From the NCBI GenBank assembly GCA_964057225.1, contig OZ059899.1, forward strand, positions 8,494,001-8,558,000: a stretch of DNA of 64,000 nucleotides, in the 5' to 3' direction. The number at the start of each line of letters is the position of its first letter. Within the stretch, counting starts at the first letter, position 1. This DNA comes from Auanema rhodensis. Taxonomy: Eukaryota; Animalia; Nematoda. Under the pieces are notes generated by a model that was not told the origin of the DNA, searched no databases, and saw only the letters and a program-made list of their open reading frames with translations. This document shows, piece after piece, positions 53,050 through 64,000 of this stretch. Position numbers and translations under genes: made by a program.

Positions 53050-54920
53050 TGGACCATTAGTGTATGTGCAGAAGGCGAGGCCATGAAGTACTAACAGTCC
53101 ACTTGCCATTGAATGGCTCTTAAATTAAGATTTTCTTATTAGTCTCATTTATGGCCTTTTTTCTCAGATTTATGTTTCTCGGCTCTTCTTCCAATTCGAA
53201 TGATTCTGTCAGATTGATTGAAATACTGAGCACGGCTGAAATAAAAATTTCCATAGTTCTCGTAGAAGCAGTTTCATTTGATCGGCTTTCTCAAAGACTC
53301 CCGTTCTCCTCGTCTTTCCGTCTTCTCTGAATTCGCATTCGATTTTCCGTTCGTAGGCCAGGAAGTTGTGTGACTTAATCATGGCTTATATTTTTTTTAT
53401 GTTATATATCATTGTTTTTATTTTTCCAATTGTCTCGAAAAGTTCTAAAATGACACTTTGTTCCCTTAGGCATACGCTTGAATTATTAGACTTTTCCGTT
53501 CTTCTTACAACGAGTGTTCAGCAAAATTTTTCATGTACGTCTGTTATCAAATATAGAGAAATAATTTTTTTGTCCCACAAACGTTTCAATATTTAATTTT
53601 TTAATACATATCTACATTATGATTGTTCCTAAAGTTTCTGCTCTCAAATTTCTCGTTTCTCTCGTATTTCAACACGAAAGCTACATCGATAACGTTTGCC
53701 AACAAATTCACCAAATTTGCCTAGAATTTTGTTTACTATCGTATGTTGTTTACTTGCAGAAAACACTCGGTTCTCGAATTGTTGAAGTTCACTAGACATT
53801 CTTTCGTTCTTTTAATACTACACTCACAATGAATTTTTTATCACTCTCTATCTTATTGGTGATTAATGATCATCTATAAATAAAAGATACGCTGTTCATT
53901 TAGTACTGTTATGTTCCTATTATTATTCTAAAAATACTAGAAACTTATACAAATAATGATATTTCGAAGAAAATACTTTGCTTTTCTGTTTTAAAATACT
54001 AATACTTGATATATTCATCACCGACTTCAGAGGTTTGTAATCTTGAGCCATTAAGCATTTCAGAATGGCTTTCTTCCAATTTGAGACTTTCATTGTGTAG
54101 ACTGCTTTTCGCTGCTTTCCCCGAATTCCAACATACATTGATTCTATGTTGCTTTTGAATGACCCATCTTGAATACTGCTGCCGTCTCAAAACAGTGCAA
54201 TTCACAAGTTGATGCTCATTTGTTGCTGTTTAATTTAGCAAATTGTTTTTCAATTAAACTAGTAAAGACAATATTGTGCAAGATTATTGTAATTCCTTAT
54301 TATATATTTTCATTTAAAGATAATATTAATGACCTTCTTTCAGTTGACATTGAGAGAACTTGTCCTTGCAACATTTGCATATGAAATTTACGAATACGTG
54401 AATATAATCACTTATTACACTTGACTTGTATGTTCGAAGCGGTTGCATTTGATTTCATCTAGCTTTTTCACTTGGCCGCTATTTATTGACACGTGTTTAC
54501 TACCAGCATAGTGCTCGTAACAACGTTTCTCTTTTTACGAAACTGGTCGAAAGAAAAACTTTCGCTGGAAATAAATCACATGCATTTTATAAAGAAGGTA
54601 ACAACGGAAAGGTTTGCCGTCTTTCTTACACTTTGCTCTTAACGTAACTTATACAATTCGCACGAGCCGAGAAAAAAACATTCACATCTATGATATATTA
54701 TGGATCATATTACCTTGAACACACGATACATGTAGCGATTGTTATTTCTATTTTCCTCTCTTTCCAACTATTGATATACACAATACTTTCACATAATTGC
54801 ACATAAAGATGACTATCATTGTCGGAGCCCTTCAAACTCGCCAGGGTCTCTCTCTCTATCATCACTCTCTTCTTTGTTGTTTGACCTTTTTTAATACAGT
54901 TGTTCCATTCCGTTCTAAAT
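53050..54920 (-). other. Unresolved coding-like segments (diverged gene or pseudogene)
   Basis: Several splice-site-bounded open stretches (e.g. ~54225-54004, ~53365-53210), but no consistent frame could be built and no motif was recognised. Confidence 0.25.
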
Positions 54921-55270
54921 CTGCAATTAAAAATTTGTGTGGAATATTTATTTTCAGAACATTTCAAAAACGTTTTCTCATAATAAAAAAGCTTCGAAAA
55001 GTTTATAAATATATAACAAAAACTTTCTTCACAATTACCTAAACTCAATTTATTCTGTCTATCCTTTAAAAGAAAAACTGAATAACATATATTAAAAGCG
55101 ATTGAACATCAATATTTTATACATGATGAGTTTTTGACATTAAACAAGCATAATTTGATGACTATTATACATTGATTAATAATTATTTTCAGTCTCTTAT
55201 CAATATTGATTCGCTGATACCATTGAAAGAATTTTATTTTCATACCTTGACAGCTATTTTGAACTCACAT

Positions 55271-55822
55271 ATGTCATTCAGTTATAGATTGTTAATATAT
55301 GTGGAAATCAGAATCAGTATCTTCTTTTTCAAATAGAAATGGGCAACATTCAAGCGTATCTCAACTACCGCAGAGAAGACCATCACAAATTTCTATGTTA
55401 AAACGAGCACTCAGTTTTCAAGTAAAAATGAAATCAACTAGAGCTACATATGTTTTCTTTTCAAGATTTTAAATCGGTATGATGATGTTGTTGATCCAGA
55501 TGCTAGGGATTATATCAAAATGAGATATAAAGATACTGCCAAGTTTGTAGTGTGGAGATCATGTCGTTTTGAACAAAAATTGGTAAGAAAATCAAAACAA
55601 CACCTAACGATTTTATATTTCCAGAATGAAAACGATGAAGACGAAGAAAAACACTTAGCAAATCCGAGAATTGTTCCAACAGATCCCAGAGCTGTATTAT
55701 TCCAAGCAGACATGGAGGACGAGAAGACGCCATATCTATCTGCAACTATTAATCACGTATTAAGAAGTGATTCAGAGGACTCCAGCTCGGATGAGGAAGT
55801 GATATATATGACCAGGTTATAG
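55271..55822 (+). CDS. Small protein of unknown function with acidic C-terminus
   Basis: MSFSYRL|NGQHSSVSQLPQRRPSQISMLKRALSFQ|ILNRYDDVVDPDARDYIKMRYKD...EQKL|NENDEDEEK...SDSEDSSSDEE; phases consistent, both ends uncertain. Confidence 0.55.
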
Positions 55823-56103
55823 AAAATCTAGATTCGGTTTGAACTAATAATGGAAACCCTTAGATAATCATCACCTACACCTGATACTTAGAACCTAGTC
55901 TAGATTAATACTACGGGTTTTACGTAATGTACATGAACGGGTTCGAAAACACTTGAAGTTTATATGTATTATTAGAATTTAATAAATTTGAAACAACGTA
56001 CTAATTCGTTTAGAATCAAGTAACCGAACTAGTTAACCGAAGTAAGATAAAAAGTGAGAAAATTAGGTTCGACCTATCCTCTTGGAGAGTATGTTTAATC
56101 AAA

Positions 56104-58348
56104 TTATTCTTTATAAGAAATTTTTCTTCGTTCGCGTAATGTTCTTGGAGTATCCGGAATGAGGGAAGTGGCTCTACTTGTATTACGAGAAGCTAATGAA
56201 GGGATTCGAAACTCTGATTGAGTTAAAGGTTCCGATACTATTCTACGGGGCACAGGTGGGGTAACTGTCTGAAAAATATATGGTTCAAAATGTTATTTAA
56301 TATCTAGTTTACATAAACACATTACGACATAACATAGAACGTGCATAAAGTCGTGCTAGAACATGAAAAATGCAGCAAGGACATATTAAGACACTCAAAA
56401 ATCTACAAAATCATGACATACATATATGTATATGTATTAAATATGGACCAGTACGTTATTAAACTTATACATAAAACTTAGTTAGTTTTGACCTTCTTTT
56501 TATCAGGCGTTGGAGCATTTTTCTTCGGAGTGCTACGAATGGGATCAGCCGCAGCGATAGGCTTATCTTTAGGAGATCCGAAAGAGCGCTGATAGTATTT
56601 CTACAAAAAAAATATTTTTTAAAAATATATATATATAATGAAAATAAACCTTTACAGGAATAACAGGTGTAGTACCGGATTTCGCAGCAATCTGGTAGAA
56701 TATAAATCCGTACAAGATGCAAATGCCCCTAAATAAATCAAAAGTCATAGTATACAAATAGATAGAACATACCAAATAATAGCAATGTATTCGAATCTGT
56801 TGTTATAAGCTGTACCACATATAGCGTACCATTCCAAAGCACTGCCATCCTCGGGCTAAAATAAAATATAAAAAGAATAGTCATAAAACGAATTACCATT
56901 TTAACACTGCCTCCAGGTAAGCAATGGAAATCGAAATATTTTTCATCGTAATCGCTAGCACACAGGTATTTATTCTTATACAATACCTAAACGCAATATG
57001 AGGATAAAAAACATCGACAATAAACTTACAGCTCCAGTAGGTGTTTGAACTTTCTGAGTATCTTTACAATTTCCTATGGGCTGATGCAATCCTTCACTAA
57101 CAACATTTGATGGATCACCAATAACGACAAGAATCATGAAGAACATGTATTCCAAAGTTATAGCACAAGCCAGCTCATCGAACCAAAATTTGTTGCCTGA
57201 GCAATATCCAAAATCTACTGAATAAAAAAAAAACATACCTGTTCTGGACAACGCATTCTTATTTTTTCTGTCAGCGCTGATAACAATAACTGCATAAGTT
57301 GCAAGGAACAGAATGGTGGTAATTTCAGTATGAACTCCAAGGTAATCATGAAGAGGATGATAAAGAAGAGCGAATTGAATAGTTCCTAACCAGAAGGCGC
57401 CCATCCCAGCTAAGAAAGAACACAAGAGCTCTCGGGGTATTCTAAAAGTAAAATAGTAATGTATCAACATATATTAACTTACTTCTTCCAATCATATTCA
57501 ACTTCTACTAAATAGTAGCGCGAAAGATTCAAAATCCATACAAAAGAACAAGCGAATGAAGCATGGAAATAGTATGAGTTCCATGGCACCCAATACATTC
57601 TATCGTAAATATTTGGATCGGTATCATGCCATGTCCACCAAACTTCTTTGATGCCCATGATATCATACGGCATATCCAACATTACCGCACAAAGACCTAC
57701 CGCAGGTCCTTCTGCCCACCATGGCAATCTCAGTCTTTAAAAATAACAATTCTTACTAATAGATGCATTAAATACCTACCTGCTGACCATAACATATGCG
57801 GTATAATCAAACATATGATATATACCTAGCAGAATATAAAGAGGAGCTCGCATACCAAAGAAAGTAAGAATTCCCTAATAATTCATGTTAGTCTTCATTT
57901 AATGATCTGAACAACACCTGCGCTTGCCAAAAGTTATCCATATCAGGAATCCAGTAACACAAATTCTCCACATTTAGTGCATGAATTAAAATACCAATCC
58001 ACACAAACATATAGCGATTACCATGCCTGTATGCTAAAAGAAACGCGAACGCTGAGAAAAACATAATTTTCAATCACTAACCGTGGAGGAATGTCAATCC
58101 ACACAGAAGAAAAAACAAAAGTTCCCCGAATAAAAAAGAAGGATGATTTTCGAAAATCTTTAACGGATCTTGATATTTACATACCCAATCGGCCCACTTT
58201 ATAAAAAATAAACAAGTGTAAATGTGAATTGTGAATTTAAGATTACCATCACGATGGACAAAGCTTTTTGTCCTATTGCTTTTCTAGTTTCTGCACATAC
58301 ATCGAACGGCATATTGTCAAAGACATATGTATCTAATAAATAATCCAT
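56104..58348 (-). CDS. Conserved-looking multi-pass membrane protein of unknown function
   Basis: WVCKYQDP, ENLCYWIPDMDNFWQAQ, RAPLYILLGIYHMF, MLDMPYDIMGIKEVWWTWHDTDPNIYDRMYWVPWNSYYFH; several TM segments; Cys-containing loop; Pro/Arg-rich tail ...RKISYKE*. 5' end may extend further. Confidence 0.85.
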
Positions 58349-61049
58349 GGTTTTAAACCACCTAAAAATAAAACATTTAATATTACAAAAAATTCAAAAC
58401 AAAATGGTAAATAACGCAGCTTCATATTTGTAAGCATGAAGCGATAAAATGATTCATTATAATTTTCCCGCCCAATCTATTCAAATCCGCGTCCATGCAT
58501 TTGTCCCTTTGGGATAAAAGCCAATGGCGTTCGTGGTTATAATCGTCGTTTCGAAAGGTGTGCTATTAGAAGCATTCTAATAAGGAGGTAAACAACAGAT
58601 ATTTTGGGATTTTGCCATTGCTAATAAGTATAAGATAGAATTGCTCAAGAACAAAATTGAAAATTTGCTAATTTTTTGATAAACTCAGATATTCTTATCT
58701 ATGTCGTTTGCCAGCAACTATACTTTTCTATTTATATTTTTTGAAGCTAATGATTATGTCAATATTTTATAACAGCAGAAGATACAATTTGGAACTTTAA
58801 ACACTTTAAGCGAAGTAAAGAATCTTCAAAATTCTTTAGTGTTTTAAAATGTATTGAAACAAAGAATTATGGTAAGGAACAGTAAGAAGGGAAAAATAAA
58901 GTGTATGTATGCCGTTGCTATACTGCAAAAGGTTGCTGACTAAGACCTGAGTGTGTGCTTTAGAGGAGGCACGGTCACAGAAAGTAAACACAGGTAGACA
59001 AGCCTTACAAGATATATCGATAATATTCATAAAAGGTCGCTGCGTCGTCAGTAATGTTTTGTTAATAAGATTTTCTTGGCAAAAAGAGTAACAGCTAAAA
59101 AGCATATAATATTGTAATTAAGAAAAAATTAGCTAATGGAGATCAAATGTGTTCAACTTAAAATAATTAGAAATTTGATAGTATAGAAACAACCGAGCAT
59201 CACGTAATTTTAGTTTTAAATGACTTCACATTGGTTTTGTGTCGGTTTGGCCTTGCTCCTATGAACTTGGATCAGAATAATGCACAGTTCTCCCTATTTG
59301 ACCCCTATCAAAAAAGCGCAACGGATTCAAAAGACAGCTTTCTGACGATTAGCATGACCCCTACGATGGAGACTGCATATATATTAAATATATTCATGTA
59401 TACATTCTTTTTTGCACAGAAATTTTTGGTCTATTGGTCTAGAACAACAACAAAAACAGAAAAAAGTAACTTTTCATTTTCAGTTTAACGTTGAAATTCA
59501 GATTAAATTAGATTATGGTCCAGCTCTGTTGTGTTTTCACCTGCACATATATATACTTCTAATAGCTCTAACTTCAAAGTTTGATTTGTAGCTTCTGCTC
59601 ATGGTTTCGTCATGACACTTCATAACAATATTTGTTAGGGCATGAAGTGTGACAAACAGGGGCATTTTTCATGAAAGCCGGATGTGGCATTGTCCAAAGC
59701 CATGTCCTTCACCTGTATTATATATTCAAGTGGTAGAAATTATCGAAGTTCCTTTTATTTCAAAATTACAATGAAAATATTATGAGTTGTTTCAATGCTG
59801 TTTGTACGGTAGTAAGCAGTCATAGTTATCTAAGATATAACATAAAATCTTTTAAGCTTAGGCCTATTTTGCAGCTAGGTGTAATGAAAGTGTTGTGTTA
59901 TATAACACTGCCAAAAACGTTTGTCGTGATCTGAGACTTTGTGAAATTATAGGAGTGTCATTTTATTCTTTTTTTTTGCTCATTAACTTGTCGAATATTT
60001 TTGCCTAACTGAGATGTGTTAATTTCAAAAAACTTTTTCGGGTATACATATAACTATCATTGCCTTTCATGTCTCATTTTCTCATGTATTCTTGAAACAT
60101 CAATTCCCAATGTTATTAAAATTAAGAGTATAAGCAGGGTATGGCCTCAGTACCACTGTCATGAGATTCGACGTCACCCTCCTATTTAAAGCGTCAAGTC
60201 TCGTATGGGGCATGTCAGCATCCTCCTCCTTCATATCGAGAGACCGGCGCTTGAAAGTAGGAAAGCTTGCCTAGACCCCTCCTACGTCCTTTCTTTCATT
60301 ATACTTGAAACTTAGTTGATGTCGTTCTAAAGCAGTTTCAGCTGATGTACCCTGACCGCAGTCGAACTGATAATCAAACCTGTATGAATATTTAAATATT
60401 ATTTTATATGAATAGCTCAATTGTTCTAGCTTATGAAATTTCCATTTGATAAATTACTTCTTTGTATTCCAAACTTGAAACCCATAGTTTGGCCAAATTA
60501 TTACTTTATCCGCCTCAAACATTTCTTGTAACATACTTTTTATATAATTATTATCAGGGTTCCTGATATTATGGCATCACGGTTTCTGACGTTCATGGTT
60601 TTGCTATCTACAGTGGTTGTACTGTTAGTACAATGCTCCAACGAATATGAAGGCGAGTTTATTATGCAATCATTTTTTTTTGAATTCGCCTTTTGATACA
60701 CATGTATGTTGTACGACTTTTGATTATCGGTTAAAAGCATTTGCCTTCAAGAGCGTCTCCTCCCTCTTGCTCTGAATTAGACGACGCGTTCTTAAATGTT
60801 TTATATTACTTTCTTAGCCTCTCAATTTCATAGTTGAGTAAAGCGACTCAAGTTATAGACAAATCAATAGAGCATATTTTTGATTGAAGTTCTTCAGAAT
60901 GCTAGCTTTACGCGCTTTCCAAATTCAATTAGTAAATCTGTACATTTTTTCATTCTTTTCAATTTCCTATATTCATGCTTTCCTTTACAATCTGTTCACT
61001 TCAACATTAACATTTTTGTTTTTCTAGATGACTCCGCTTATTTGCGATA

Positions 61050-63390
61050 TCACCGATCGTACAAAGCAGATGATACGGAAACTTTAGAGCGCTCTGGAAG
61101 AACTGTTCGATTGTATGCCTTAAATAGACTTCTTAAGAAACCAGTGTTCCAGTTTTCACACCTGTTTAGAAAAGATATGTAGTTAGGTAGTTCAATTCTA
61201 CCACCCCTCAATGAACGTTTTGTTAATTCATGTTATATGGTATCATATTATAATCTTACGTAAAGCTTTACTGATAAATCATGCTCAAGAGTTTCATTAC
61301 AAAGATTCGAGAAAGACAGTGTATGAATCAAAAAGTTCATATTTTCATACGTTACAACATAACAAAATAAAAATACATCAAATTTACCGGTCTGGACTTT
61401 TCGAAAAAGATCGGGAACGGCTTCTGGAATAAGATCTAGAACGACTTTGCGAACAAGTATTAGCACCAGCTTGTCTGGAAGGTGGGCTCTTCCTAGGATT
61501 TGGGGAGCTAGATATATAACGATTTTGAGCATGCATATCATTATTTGACTGAGGCGGAAGTTTTCGGATAGGAGATCTTGATGCACTTCTCGAGAACGAA
61601 CGGCTGAAATTTTAATTATTTCATACTATAATCCAAACAGATATGATATATAACACAAACCGATCATCTCTGGTAGATGAATTGAATTTGTTAGAATCTC
61701 CAGAAAAATAGGAAGACCGGGGATTTCCAACTGATCTAAATTTAAAAAATCAATTGTATGAAATAGGAATGATAAAACCTATTTAAAAATGTGTTATTTT
61801 TTCTAGTCCTGGGATCACTAAAACCAAGAGAATTAATATAGTTTCTTCAAATTTAGTAATTTACGTTACGGCATCATCTTGTTTTCTACCCGACTTAGCT
61901 TGGAAAGATCTGTTAATATTCTCGTTAGAATTATCCCTTCCTCTGAAAATAGGATGTGATTTATATAATCTCAATATCAATAACCTTTTGTTTCCTCTTG
62001 AACCACCTCTTCCTCGGTAAGATCCAGGAGGGTTAGAGTTTCTGTTACTGATAAAAAAATCAATTTATTTAAAACTAAATGTAATTACAAATTCCTAGCT
62101 TGAGGTGGTGGCACATTCATGCTATACAACTTTCTCGGATGTGCACTATAGTTGTCTGTAATTTCAGAAAATTTTGTAAAATTAAGAATATTTACTGAAC
62201 CATAGTTATAAGTGGTTGTGAGTGATGCTGGGGGACCTTGCTCATGATTATGAACCCTAAATAGTAACGTTCAGTAAGCAAAAATAAATAGAAAAGCCCA
62301 CATTGAATCATATTCTTGTCTCACCGGATTGGAATCTGAAAATTTTGTTTATATATTTAAAAAAGTTAAACATACGAGAGTAATCATTTAACGACGAAAG
62401 TACTTTAGCTGGGGATCGAGAAACAGGCCTATAAGCAGGAGATCGAACGGGAGATTTATCACAACTCTAAATTGTTTATATTTTAATTCTAGGTAAATTG
62501 TGGCACAATAACTATTCCACGCCCTCCACGAGAATACTTATCTGAAACAAAAAGATTAATTGAATTGGACAAAGAGAAACATTAAATTTACCCGAGTCTG
62601 AACTGTTCAAGATTGGAACAGGGGCATCTCCTAAGTCCACTAAAATTTATATAAAATAAATATTAAGGTTTCATTAAAAAAATCAACCAGTCTTCATTTC
62701 AGTCACAACTTCGAGATAAGCAGCCATGTAAACATTGGAAAACCTGGAGTACCTGTCTGTATGATTGTTATTAATTTCAGAATATCTGTCATATATCTCT
62801 CGAATCTGTAAGCAGAGTATATATTAAGAACCACAACTATGTACAAACTGGGTGTCTCTTCAAAATTAGATGGTTAATAGCATAGAACTTAGTTACAAAG
62901 CCAATATGACAAGTAGGACACTCAAACGCATAATGTGCCATTCTCCTTTAAAAAAAAATTATATAGTTCTTCTCAATGTTCCCACAATGAATCATTTTTG
63001 TTGTCATTCATCATATGAAGAGCTATGTGCTCCTGAACGGTGAAGAGAGAAAAGTCTTCAAAAGATCCACTGCATCTAGGATGTCGGCACCGGAAGCGAT
63101 TCTGAATAATGTTAACAGGTTTTACATCAAAGCTGATAACTTACAACGGGAATTGACAACTGCATTTAATGGTGGAACAAAAAAAAAGAACCTGAATTGG
63201 GGCAAGGTTGCTATGAAAAAAAGTTTGGTATTTGGGTTAATTATTGATAAATCGTAGTACAAAAGCCTAATCACTAAAGTACACAGTGAGTGAACGAGTA
63301 TACTATAAACCAATTAAAGATTGAGGTTTGATACATAATTGGTGATGTGACATTAGATATCTGTACTTCACAATTCAGATCTTACCATTT
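61050..63390 (-). CDS. Protein with two C2H2-like zinc fingers, RGG motifs and an RS-rich region
   Basis: FRCRHPRC...QEHIALH and FECPTCHIGFVTKFYAINHLILKRH; then many small in-phase exons with SRGGRG, YRGRGGSRG, SRSRSYSRSRSRSFSKSP. Start and stop uncertain. Confidence 0.65.
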
Positions 63391-63813
63391 TTCGAACGCG
63401 CATATGGTATTACGAAACTAAAACTTTTTGTAACACGCCTTTTTATATTCTCATTAGACAAATAAGTTACAATCTCAAATTCAAAAGATAAAATCACTGC
63501 TCTTAAATATCAAATTGATCAAGTAATTCCGAATTATTTATTCTACAACCTCAACCTGATTTGAACTTTTTAAATTTGAAATTAATAAATTTCATTCTGC
63601 AAACTTGCGTCGGTTACAAATCACAGTTATTTCAAAAAATACAGAACGTATTGTACAAAATAAGCACAATCTTCAGAAACTTTAACTATCAGTATAAAAC
63701 AAATATATGTTATATCTTCTTAAGCACTTTAGCTTTATTTTGAAAAATATTTAATCTTTTTATCGAGTTAAGAAATTTTATCATATAAGTCAAAGCAACA
63801 AATTAAGGTGAAT

Positions 63814-64000
63814 ATGATAAAACCCGATTCAGTCGAACTTCTGGTTAACAATACTCTTCTAAATCCCTCATTTAATGGATATAAGCTATCTCTCGACGCT
63901 TTGCCTATATTCGATACCAACTTACCTTTTAAAGGTTAGAGGCAAAGTTGTTACCATCCAGTTAGAATAATTTCAGTTGCTGAATTTAAAGCATCGGAGG
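63814..64000 (+). CDS. NUDCD1: NudC domain-containing protein 1, 5' part
   Basis: MIKPDSVELLVNNTLLNPSFNGYKLSLDALPIF...K|VAEFKASE resembles the recalled NUDCD1 N-terminus (LLDPRFEGYKLSLEPLP...VAEVK); runs off the window. Confidence 0.8.

Overview
AT-rich eukaryotic DNA with dense multi-exon genes, tiny (~40-50 nt) introns and acceptor-like sites just before several ATGs. This architecture and the gene set point to a compact rhabditid-type nematode genome (inference; species not determined). The ORF track is largely misleading, so genes were reconstructed by hand across splice sites. Left to right: (1) a giant secreted mucin on the minus strand (signal peptide, RIRKR propeptide site completed by a 7-nt micro-exon, six-Cys domain, then ~2,900 aa of TTTSTTPS/TTTSTTSTTTPS repeats running off the window); the 2918-aa Val/Asp ORF is its antisense shadow; (2) a small single-pass membrane gene; (3) prl-1 phosphatase with a long spliced leader carrying a 35-codon spliced uORF; (4) a small TM gene; (5) porcupine/mom-1; (6) a PDZ-less let-413/Scribble paralog; (7) a KICS2/C12orf66-like gene; (8) full-length four-PDZ let-413/Scribble; (9) ECHDC3; (10) rsa-1/PPP2R3C; (11) cku-80; (12) PP1 inhibitor-3; (13) MRGBP/EAF7; (14) katanin p60; (15) unknown genes; (16) an RS-rich C2H2 gene; (17) the start of NUDCD1. 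The two best leads are the hidden spliced uORF peptide upstream of prl-1 (candidate counterpart of the Mg2+-responsive PRL uORF of vertebrates) and a Scribble gene pair sharing a ~1.54 kb near-identical LRR tract, introns included, between diverged flanks. All homology calls rest on recalled motifs, not database searches.
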